Under the pieces are notes generated by a model that was not told the DNA's origin, did no database searches, and saw only the letters and a list, made by a program, of their open reading frames with translations. The translations under genes were made by a program, and so were the position numbers. Of a stretch of 55,952 nt of DNA, positions 8,715 through 18,200 are shown piece after piece. The stretch spans positions 1 to 55,952 of the IMG/VR virus record IMGVR_UViG_3300032117_000033, one strand, 5' to 3'. Positions within the stretch are counted from its first letter, which is position 1, and every line of letters begins with the position of its first letter. The stretch comes from a virus. Lineage: Duplodnaviria > Caudoviricetes.

Positions 8715-8792
8715 GTCGGGAGGTAGCCCCCGGGAGGGTTGGGTAACGTTCCCGGGGGCATTTTAACGATAAACATTCAATGAAAGGACAGT

Positions 8793-9569
8793 ATGACAGC
8801 AGTAAATGTAAGAAGATCGGAAAGTAGCCACTGGTACACCCAGTCTGGGGAACCGTGCTACGAGTTGAAGAAGAAGTCAGGGCCGGGAATGAAGCGGCCA
8901 ACACTGGCGGATGCCAGAGAGTTGGGTCTACTTCCAAGTGTCACAACTTTACTCAAGGTGCTGGCAAAACCAGCCCTACAGGACTGGTTAATCGCCCAGG
9001 CGGTAAGGGCGGTGATGGACACGCCCAGGCTCGAGGGAGAGACAAACGACCAGTTCGTGGAGAGGGTGCTGGTCACCGAGCGCATCCAGGACAGGGAGGC
9101 CGCTGGAGCGGCAGACTTGGGCAGCTCAATTCACGATGCCCTGGAAGAGGCAGTGGGTGGAAGGCCTTATGATGCCAAGTGGCGGCCGTATGTCTTCCCG
9201 GTGCTGGATGCAATTCAAGGGATGGGCAAGGTGGTCAAGTCAGAGTTCATCCTGGTTGGCAATGGCTACGCCGGAAGGTCGGACATCCTGATCGAGAACG
9301 AGAGGGAGCTGATTGTTGGGGACTTCAAAACTACCCGGTCGGTCCCACCGAAGGAGCCGTGGATCGAGGCAAGGCTACAGACCGCTGCCTATGCCAAGTG
9401 CCTGGGGAACGTGGCTGACAAGCATATCCTGACAGCGGTAATCTACATCAGCACCGTCAACATCGGTGAAGTGAAAGTGTTTATGAACGAGAACTGGCCG
9501 GAGATCTACGAGAAGGGATTCCTGCCGATTCTCAACTTTTGGAGATGGTCCAACTCATATTCCCCATGA
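8793..9569 (+). CDS. PD-(D/E)XK exonuclease (Cas4/lambda-exo-like recombination nuclease)
   Basis: PSVTTLL, GSSIHDALE, YAGRSD...DFKT and LQTAAYA motifs. Confidence 0.85.
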   Translation: MTAVNVRRSESSHWYTQSGEPCYELKKKSGPGMKRPTLADARELGLLPSVTTLLKVLAKPALQDWLIAQAVRAVMDTPRLEGETNDQFVERVLVTERIQDREAAGAADLGSSIHDALEEAVGGRPYDAKWRPYVFPVLDAIQGMGKVVKSEFILVGNGYAGRSDILIENERELIVGDFKTTRSVPPKEPWIEARLQTAAYAKCLGNVADKHILTAVIYISTVNIGEVKVFMNENWPEIYEKGFLPILNFWRWSNSYSP

Positions 9570-9655
9570 ACCACCCCATCGCCCTATCCATCCTGATCGG
9601 AACCCTGATCCTGGTGCTGTGGATAGCCATAGACTACTGGAGGAGGGGGGATTAA
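9566..9655 (+). CDS. Small single-pass membrane peptide (MNHPIALSILIGTLILVLWIAIDYWRRGD)
   Basis: ATGA-coupled; one hydrophobic helix. Confidence 0.5.
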   Translation: MNHPIALSILIGTLILVLWIAIDYWRRGD

Positions 9656-9661
9656 GTTAGC

Positions 9662-9723
9662 TTGACATAACCAAAGGTATCTTGACATAACCCCTTGACA
9701 CCCCTTTAAGGGAGGGGCAGGAT
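9662..9723 (+). promoter_or_regulatory. Triple TTGACA promoter/operator cluster
   Basis: TTGACA at 9662, 9682 and 9695; CTTGACATAACC occurs twice. The third copy has CAGGAT 17 nt downstream. Confidence 0.55.
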
Positions 9724-9729
9724 AGGACA

Positions 9730-10340
9730 AGATGAATAAGCCAACCATGTCAGATGCAATTTCCGGTGCAAGCCGGAATCTGAACCTTGGCTGGTTCATC
9801 TCAACCCCATCGGTCGAAAGACCGGTGGGGTGTTTCTCTGAACGGCCAGAGACCATACGGTAGCCGAAACCTGCGCGGCCCAGCTTTGGCTGGTGCTGCG
9901 GTTAGGGGTGAGCGAGGACGGAAGACTTCCCGCCCAACGAGATGGAAAACGATTGTCCTTTGAATGCTTTGACCGGAACCACGGTTAAGCGAAGGCGCGA
10001 ACACTGCCAGCCTGACGGGGTGCGTGGCGCGTCAACCAGGGCCAGCTACCGGCGAGAACGTCTCCGGTACGGACATAGCCCCAGTCGTCCGGCAACACCG
10101 GAACTCGAAACCAGTGGACTGGCACGGCCAAGGCACTCAGAGGACAAAGGTTTTCCCTTTCCTATCAGAAGGCGGTTGCATGCCCTCGGACCGTATCAAA
10201 ATCGAGGCCGAATCTTCAGTGGTTAGGGGACCCGGAAGCCACCGGGAGTCCGCAGAAAAGGCCACTATAAATAAGCGCGGACGGTTACCCTCCTGTCTTA
10301 CTTCCTCGGCTGGCTGCCAAGGGGGGTAAGGGGGGTTTTG
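9730..10340 (+). ncRNA. Candidate ~600-nt structured non-coding RNA or replication-origin transcript
   Basis: No convincing ORF. Dense series of hairpins (for example 9731-9800 and the GAAA-capped 9804-9831), ending in G6-TAA-G6-T4. Confidence 0.5.
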
Positions 10341-10348
10341 GCAGAGGT

Positions 10349-10621
10349 ATGGAGATGATTATGGTATTGAACTACGAACTGATTACTGCGTTAGGTACAC
10401 TCAACTCCTATCAGCTTAGGTTGTTGGGCATTGGCTGGCCACCAAGAAGGGGATGGATCTACCATCTTGTGGGCCAGGAGATCACAGACGATATGTTCCG
10501 AATTCTAGTGGAGCCAAAGGGTCCCAGGAAGAAGGCGGAGCGAATACAGATACTGAAACGGCATGGTATTTCACCATCCAAACTATTCCAGAGCAAAATT
10601 AAATACGAAAGGACAGTATGA
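10349..10621 (+). CDS. Hypothetical protein
   Basis: 90-aa ORF with GAGG upstream; coupled to the next gene. Confidence 0.65.
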   Translation: MEMIMVLNYELITALGTLNSYQLRLLGIGWPPRRGWIYHLVGQEITDDMFRILVEPKGPRKKAERIQILKRHGISPSKLFQSKIKYERTV

Positions 10622-10917
10622 ACATGCAGGAGCAGATCAACCTCTTGTGTAAGAGGATGGCAGGTCTGGAGTCAGAGATCAGGATTCTTAAACAATCCCC
10701 CCCTTCCCTCGAAAAGGAGAATGCCGGGGGATCTAAGGACGCCTGGCTTATCTCCAAGAAGATGGAGGCGCTGGAGAGGGTGGCTCAGGGGATCAAGGAT
10801 CGGTTCTCCAGCGAGGTGGCCTTCGGGGTTCAGTGGGACTCGCCGGAGAAGAAGAAGGAATACCTTGGGGTCAAACGACAGATCAAACAACTCAACGGGC
10901 AGTTGGCAAGCCTATGA
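10618..10917 (+). CDS. Hypothetical coiled-coil protein
   Basis: AAGGACAG at 10609-10616 before the ATG. Confidence 0.75.
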   Translation: MNMQEQINLLCKRMAGLESEIRILKQSPPSLEKENAGGSKDAWLISKKMEALERVAQGIKDRFSSEVAFGVQWDSPEKKKEYLGVKRQIKQLNGQLASL

Positions 10918-11231
10918 AGAAACAACGCAAGCGGTTTGAAACCGCCCAACAGATCAATGACGCCATCGACCAGTACAAGTCCAAGGCCCGGAAGATGATC
11001 GATCACGCGGTCAACCTTGAGTACCTGGCCGGGCAACTGGCCATGGCCGGTCCGCTGGAGGCCGAGAACGTCCTGTACAAACGGGCCGTCGCGCGTAAGC
11101 TGCGCGTGTCGGCGTTCAACATCGAGAAGAACAAACTGCCCAAACTCAAGGAGAAGCTCTCGGAGTTTATGACTCCGCAGCTTCCCGGTTTGGATGATGG
11201 CGATCCCAGCATCCCAGCCAAACTGACATGA
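10914..11231 (+). CDS. Hypothetical protein (MKKQRKRFETAQQ...)
   Basis: ATGA-coupled start at 10914 within ORF 10833..11231. Confidence 0.7.
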   Translation: MKKQRKRFETAQQINDAIDQYKSKARKMIDHAVNLEYLAGQLAMAGPLEAENVLYKRAVARKLRVSAFNIEKNKLPKLKEKLSEFMTPQLPGLDDGDPSIPAKLT

Positions 11232-11554
11232 TTATGAAAGATCAGGAAATAAACATCGCCATCGCGGAGGCGTGCGGGTGGAAATGGAATTACGAAACGG
11301 CAGGGTGGCATGGGCCGGATGGCAGGTTTGAAACCAAATTCGACAGGAAACTTCCCGACTACTGCCACGACCTCAACGCGATGCACGAGGCGGAAACCGT
11401 TTTATATCGGGACCAGCCACATTCATGGCAGGAGTACACGGACCAACTCCGGATTGTGTGTGAATATCCAATCCATCGCGCCACCGCCCACCAGCGTGCC
11501 GTGGCTTTCCTTCGGTGCAAGGGACTGTGGAAGGAGGAATCACATGGCCTGTAG
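11228..11554 (+). CDS. Conserved-type phage protein (possible ABA-sandwich domain)
   Basis: INIAIAEACGW...LPDYCHDLNAMHEAE...ATAHQRAVAFL pattern. Confidence 0.6.
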   Translation: MIMKDQEINIAIAEACGWKWNYETAGWHGPDGRFETKFDRKLPDYCHDLNAMHEAETVLYRDQPHSWQEYTDQLRIVCEYPIHRATAHQRAVAFLRCKGLWKEESHGL

Positions 11555-11750
11555 GGATCTTTTTAATAGCGCCTACGTACGCCGGGCCAGCCTGGATGCG
11601 CCGGTCAGGATCCACCCCAGATGCCACCCAAAGGCAGGGGTTGACGTATTCGTTGACACCCAGAATCACTCGGTCATTCTGGTGTGCAGCAGATGCGATA
11701 GAACTATTGCGTGTGTTAAAGCTGCTCCATTTAGTAAGAAGATTGAATAA
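11544..11750 (+). CDS. Small Zn-ribbon-like protein
   Basis: AGGAGG before ATG 11544; CH...CSRC. Confidence 0.6.
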   Translation: MACRDLFNSAYVRRASLDAPVRIHPRCHPKAGVDVFVDTQNHSVILVCSRCDRTIACVKAAPFSKKIE

Positions 11751-11807
11751 TTATGGGAACAAAGAGAAACTGCTGGTGGCAAATCACACACGGAATGTCA
11801 CACACTC

Positions 11808-12263
11808 ATGGAACAGAGTATGATAAAGCTAAATGACATCAAGAGCCCAGCTCTGCGCAGGCGGATCGAGGATGCCCTGCACAACGCGGAGATGATCAAG
11901 CACGAGTTGCAGAACGTGGTGACGGTCAAGACTCCCGTGAAGAAGCGCATACGGCAGCGTTCCAAGCCAGCTCTTAACAAGCTGGAACAGGAGGCTCTGG
12001 ATACTCTGCACAGCCGATTCCCGTTCTCCACCTTCCGGCCTCACTGCCTGAACCTGGAGATCGCAAATGGAACCTGGTTGTGCCCGGACATCGTTGAGTT
12101 TGCTGCCGAGCCGCCCTTGAGGATCTACGAGGTAAAAGGAAAACAAGCTTGGGAGGACTCCATCATCAAGCTGAAGGTGGCGGCAAGAACCTGGAAGGAG
12201 TTCCACTGGTGGCTGATGTGGAAGGACGATCTGGCCTGGCACTCCCAGAGAGTGCTGCCTTAG
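11808..12263 (+). CDS. PD-(D/E)XK nuclease (DUF1064 / resolvase-like)
   Basis: NKLE...CPDIV...IYEVKG...IKLKVAA. The start may be 11820. Confidence 0.7.
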   Translation: MEQSMIKLNDIKSPALRRRIEDALHNAEMIKHELQNVVTVKTPVKKRIRQRSKPALNKLEQEALDTLHSRFPFSTFRPHCLNLEIANGTWLCPDIVEFAAEPPLRIYEVKGKQAWEDSIIKLKVAARTWKEFHWWLMWKDDLAWHSQRVLP

Positions 12264-15200
12264 GGCTCAGTAGGAGCCAAGCGCACGCCCGTGCCAGCCG
12301 ACAGACCGAACACGGCCAGGGAGATTGCCAGCTTCCTGGCTGTGGCGGTATCCATCCCAATCTGCCGCCACGTATCCAGCGCTTCTTCCAGCGGGATCGG
12401 CGAGATCTGCTGGCCCACCCATTCACCCATACCCCACGGTTCCACTCCCCTTCTTCGCAAGTAGGTCGGCACCTGGTCGCTGGACCACGGCAGCGGTCGG
12501 CGCGAGAAGTCCTGCTGCGTCGCCACATCGTAGGCAAAGCTGGCGAAGGGCGAGAACTTCCCCCGCGCATACCGGCCGATCGTGGTGTCCATCAGGTTCT
12601 GCCTGCCCTGGAGCTTCTCCATCTGGGACAGGTCGCCTTGCCCCGAGTGGAACGCATTGGCAAAGAGCTTCACGATCCCGATTAACGGATTCACCACCCC
12701 CACCTTGAACCCCGGAACCTTGAACCACATGAAGTCAGGCTTCCTGGGGTCGGTCAGGTTCACATCTTCATCGCTTCCAATCGCCTTCAAAAACCCCTGG
12801 TTCATCGCCAGCATCGAGTAATACATCCCCACCATCGCCGCCTTCTGGCGGATCTCACTCTTGGCCCACAGGATCTGCTCCGGACTGGCGTTCTTGCCCG
12901 GCCTGATGATGTCCAGCGCCTTGACCAGGTCGGTGGCCATCGCCCACCTAGACGCTTCCAGATTGGGAGCGAACATGGCCCAGTTGAGCGCCTCATGGAA
13001 GTGGGTCTTCACGATCCCGGTGGCATGGTTGACGCTGTCGGCGATGTACTTGCCCATGATCTTCCCTGATTCACCGGTCTTCATGTGCTCCGGCAGGGTG
13101 TCCCACCACTGCTCCGCGCGGTTATGGCGCAGGAGCTTGAGCACGTCGAACCCTCTCCCGCCAATCAGCCCTCCAAGCTTCTTCTTCTCGAACCACTTCT
13201 TCAGCATCTCGATCTGGTAGTCATCGGTGATCTGCCTTGGATCGCACTTCAGGTCGCAGATGTTCACCCAGAAGTCAAACCGAGGCTTGTTTTGCAAGTC
13301 CATCATCACAGCGGCATGGTAGTCCCTCCCGGATAGCCCCTTGGCGCCGAAGGTCATCTTGTACATGTCCAGCCATACCGGGAAGTAGGTCTTCCAGGCG
13401 TAGGGGTTGAACGCCATGTTCCCAGCGTGGGTCACTAGCGGCACCATGCCGTGGCCGAAGATCTTGTCCATGAAGAAGTACCGAGGGATCCTGCGGATGA
13501 ATTGCAGCCAGCCGGGATAGCGGCGGTTCTTGAGCCAGTTCTTGGCATCCTGAACCACCCGGTTCTCAATGCGCATCTTCTCCAGGGCATCGGCGGTCAG
13601 GTGCTTGAGTGTCCGATTAGTGGACAGTGCCGCCAGCAGCCTGTCCATCGGCAATCCAGTCTCCTGGGAAGCCCGGAACCACAGCTCCAGAGGGTCCTTG
13701 ATCACCTTGTCCTTGGGGTCCAGGAACACCTGCTTGACCACGTTGAACACATGGTAGGCCTCGATTGGCCGGGGGTGATACCCCTTGGGGTCAGCCTTGA
13801 CCGCCCGGGCGATGGCGGCCTTGCTCTCTTCGATCGTTGGACGCTTGCGGGTAAGGATCTCCCTGGCCTCTTTGGTGGACTCGCCTGAGGCGATGAAGTT
13901 GTCCAGGAAAATATCTCGGATTTCCTGGGAGATGGCCCTGATCTTTCCCAGGTAGTTGTCGTACTTGTTCCCTATCGCCTTGACCTTGCGCATTTCCTCT
14001 AGCCAGCGCTCATCGGTCAGGTCGCCCTTGTTGGACAGGTCCATCATTATCTCGTAGCCGACATTGGCCAGAGCGTCCTCGGTCTTATGGTCCAGCGGCG
14101 GCAGATCCTTGGACTGCTTGGCCATCATGGGCATACCCTCAATCACACTCAGATAGTCCTCAGCCGCTTCACGGTTTTCCCTGGCCTGCCTCAGCGCTTC
14201 GTTGATGGCAGCCGCGTTGCCCTTATCGGTCGCGGTGGGTGCTGCGGCCTTGCTCAGGGCGCTCACCGCCTTCTCTCGCTCCTTCCTGGCCACCTTGACA
14301 CCGTCCACCATGTCCCGGATGTGCTGATCGTCCTCGACGGTTATATCCCCTTCGTCTTCTTCCTCCACCTGCCTGCGGATGGAAGTGTAGTTCCCCATGT
14401 CATCCAGATCTCCCTGGAACACCTTGCCGGTTTCCGACCAGGTGGTCTTGAAGGTGTTGCTGTACCGGGTTCCCCATGCCTTGGATTGCTCCTGAGCCAT
14501 CTTGGTCTGGTCGGACCCAAATCCGGTGTCGATCGCAATGTTGTCGGCGTTCTCGTCCAGCAACTGCCAGGCGTGACGGCCGATCGCGGCAGCCTCGAGT
14601 GGGTTCACCACCACCCCTTCCTCGGCCATGTTCATCATCCTCAGGGCATCGTCCCACCCCTTCCAGGACTTCCTTCCCATAACGGCCAGCTCCTGATCCC
14701 CCATGCTCTTGCGTATCTCAGTGATCGCCAACGCACGGTGACCCTGTTCCAGCTCTCCCCTGGCCCGGTTGGACGGTCCATATCCGCCCATGCCCAGGCG
14801 CATGGCCGGACCGGTTTCCTCTCTCGGAGGGTGCTGGTAGCCCGGTGGAGCTTCTCTGGGTGGCCTGCCAAGGGTTTCCGGACCCCTATTGGCCAACTGG
14901 GCGTAGATCTGGGTTCCCCACCTGGGCGGAGCCACACCGGCAGCATGCTCCTTCACGTACCTCTGTGACCCGGGATCAAGAAGTTGTGGAGGAATGCTCT
15001 CAGCTCCACCTGGAGGTGGCGTAGGCCCTAGCCTGCGGTAGGCCGGGACTCCGCCTCCGCGCTGTTCGGCGGTGGGCGGGATGCCCTTGCCGCGCAGCTC
15101 CACCATCCGTGACTCGGCCTCCGGGCGGGTGATCCGGGGTGGGAACTTGGGTCCCTTGCGTCCGGGGTATTCGCTGTAGATCCCCCACTGCTTGAGCCAG

Positions 15201-18200
15201 TCCTCTACTGGTTTGTGGGTGAGGAGGTATCGCTCGCGCTCTCCGACGACTCCGGGGGAGGGCCCTTGAGCGGCTCGCTTTTTCGCCAGCGCAAGTTCCC
15301 TAGCAAGTCGTCCAGTGTTTTCGCCATAGACTTCCAGTGCTCGTGTTCGGAAGTTGGCCGACTCGAGAGGAACCCCTTGCTCGGTTGGGCCTTGGACGCC
15401 GGTGTGTGCGGATTCTTTGAGTTCATAGACATGGTTCAGCGCCTCCATGAGCGCTTCTTGGTTCAGGCCTTCCAGGTAAGCCTTCTGTTCTTTCTGGGGA
15501 AGCGATCGTATGTACTTCCTGTTCTGCTTCTTCAACTGGTTTTGCCACCAGGTAACGATCTTGTCCATCCCGGTGACAAAGCAATAGTCCTCCCCGCGCA
15601 GGCCCTTGGGCTTGCCGGTGTACCAGCCGATGTGGGTTCGCCGGAACTGTACCTGCTTCAAGACGTTCAGGAGATCCAATGGGCTGGTAATCGCCTTCTG
15701 GATCCTGCGGCCGTATTCCTTCCAGGTGGTGACCCCGCGCTTCTTGCTGGCGGCCTGCTTGATGATCGGGATCTGGTGAGTGCCCTTCTCGTAGTTCGAG
15801 ATGGCCTGGGAGATCGCCTCGGCTTCCTCAGTGGTCAGAGGACCCCTCACCAGCCTCTGGGGATCGGTCTGATACAGCCCCAGGACGCCCATGCCCGGCC
15901 CCTGCAAGTGGCCGGAGCCCTCAGCCAGAGTCTCGGGTGACCCGGACTTCATCTCGATGGCTCGTTCTTCCGGCGCGGCCTGTTCGTCCTCAACCAGCCC
16001 GGCTTCGCTGGGTCTCATCCCTTCCGCTTCTGTGGTAGCTGCCTTGGCTTCCGCACCCTCAACCTTAGCTTCACCCTCTTCCCCAGCCTCCTTAGGCAAC
16101 TCTCCCGTTACTTCCTCTTCCTTGGTCGGACCCTCCAGCAGCTTCTCCAGTGCGCTGATAGCCGCTTTGGCATCGCGCTTCTTCTGTCCCATTTCCCAAA
16201 CCGAATCCGCCAGCACTTCCTTGATGGTCGCGTTGTCGCCGATCTCCCCCATGAACGCTTCTTCGGTCTTCCAGCGCTGGTGAAACTTGTTCACCGGGGA
16301 TTCCAGCAGGAACATCTTGGTGATGTCCCATGTTCCCAGGACGCTCTTGATCGGTATGTGCTGCTGGGTCTTGTCCCCCGGTAGGAACCGAGGATTGTAG
16401 ACGTAGACTTCCTTCTTGGTCGGGTGCAGGTAGAGGGAAACCGCGTCCATCTGCTTGGTGATCCGGTTCTTCAGCAGCACCACACCGCGAGTCAGCTTGG
16501 ACGGGGCCACGCCTTTGACTCCGGTTCCCTGCCAGATCTGGCCTCTAAGGAACGTGATGTCAGCCGCCTGTTCCGGGGTCAGGGTCCAGACCGTGCGGAT
16601 ATCATCAAGCGACAGCTTGGGCCTGGCCGGGTCCAGGTCTGGACGCCTCGAGGGCTTGATCAGCCTCTCACTCAGGTAGTCGATCGCCCGGCGCCTGCGG
16701 TCCATCGCCTTGTCAAGGCTCTGGCGATAGGCCTTCTGGGCCTCCTTGAGGCTCATGGTGCGGCCGCGCTTGGCCTCCAGGAATGCAAGCTTGCCTTCCT
16801 TGCTGACTACCTTCTGCTTGCCTCCCCGGTGCAGCTCCAGGAACTCGTTGGCGTCAGCCAGCTCGCTGTGGATCTGCTGGCGCAGCATCTTGATCGCCTC
16901 GCCGGGAGTGACTCCCTTGGCGGCTGCGTAGCGATCCAGGCGGAACAGGGCTTCGTCCTTCTCCCGGAACAGGATCTCAGCCGCCTTGGCGTCTGCCTCC
17001 TGCTCCGTGTAGGGTTGGCCCGTGGTAGGGTTATCGCCCTGGACGTTCAGGTCGCGGAACTTCTGGAACTCCTTGGGGTCCTGGATCAGGTATCCCCGGT
17101 CCAGCGGACGCAGGATCTCCGTGGCGTCTACATCGCCCATGAACCCCCGGAACCGGCCGTGCTCCAGGTCCTCCCCGTGTGCCTTGAGCAGGTCCATGAT
17201 CTGGTCCCGGGAGGCGTTCTGGAGGTAATCGTTGACCGCTTCGGACCAGGCCTGCCGGACGTAGTCCTCAGGGATGGTGGGGTCCTGGCGGTGGATGGCT
17301 CTCCAGTAGCTTGCGTAGTCTCCGAAGTCGTAGTAGATCCGCTTGGCCAGGTTCTGAGGAACCGTCAGGCCCATTGAGTTCTTGGGAAGCTTCTCGGTTT
17401 TGATCTGCGACGGCGCGGCTTCTCCCTTGGCCTGCCGTGGGGTGGCTGGCCTTCCCAGGTGCCTGAGCATCCCGGTGTAGAGGAAGTTCCAGGTGGTGGC
17501 TGGTGGCGGAGGAAGGTCGATAACCTTTCCTCCAGTCGTGGCTTCGAACTCCGCTATGAGCTGCTTGCGGATCCGCTCAACCTCCTGGTCCTGCGGGGTG
17601 ACATTGGTGGCGACGATGTTGGCCGCCTCGGCGTTGCGCTTCTCGGCGATGCGCTCTGAGAACTTCTCGAGGTAGGCGTCCCAGGTTTCTGGCGGCTTGT
17701 CCTGGAGCCAGTCCGCGAAGTTGTGGGCGACGGTCAGGGCCTCTTCAGGCGTGTAGGCGTCCCCGGCGCTGTAGGCAATCGCCTTGATCCGGCGCTCGGT
17801 TTCCTCGCCTCTCTCTCCGCCCAGGGGCATGGCCGGGCCGGTCTCACCCGCACGACGGGCCTTGGCCTGGGCAATCGCACGCTCTCTTGACTCTCTGGTC
17901 AACTCGCGGTGTTCCTGCGCTTCCTCCGCCGTGGGAGGACGATCCGCCCACAGCTTTCTTAGCTCTGCTAATCGAGGATTCTGGACTTCAGCAGGAGTTG
18001 TGCTTATAATTGGAGTAGCCGCAGGTGCTGGAGCGGTTGGAGCCGCCCCAGCTTTAGCTGCACCAACCGGAGCCTGCCCAGGTTGAGCCCCCACAGGTTG
18101 CGCTGCTGGGGGCGCTTTCGCTTTCTTTGCTGGTCGGATGTTGTTTACGTCTCCGACAAATTCTCGTCTGCCTCCCTTGAGTTCAACTTCAGCGAATATC

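Noticed and set aside
8793-9569. Cas4 or CRISPR association of the exonuclease
   Set aside because: It lacks the Fe-S Cys cluster, no array is present, and its position beside an annealase fits recombination.
9942-10329. ORFs 9942..10226 and 10024..10329 as proteins
   Set aside because: No RBS, Arg/Pro/Gly-rich composition, and they overlap dense hairpins. Better explained as non-coding.
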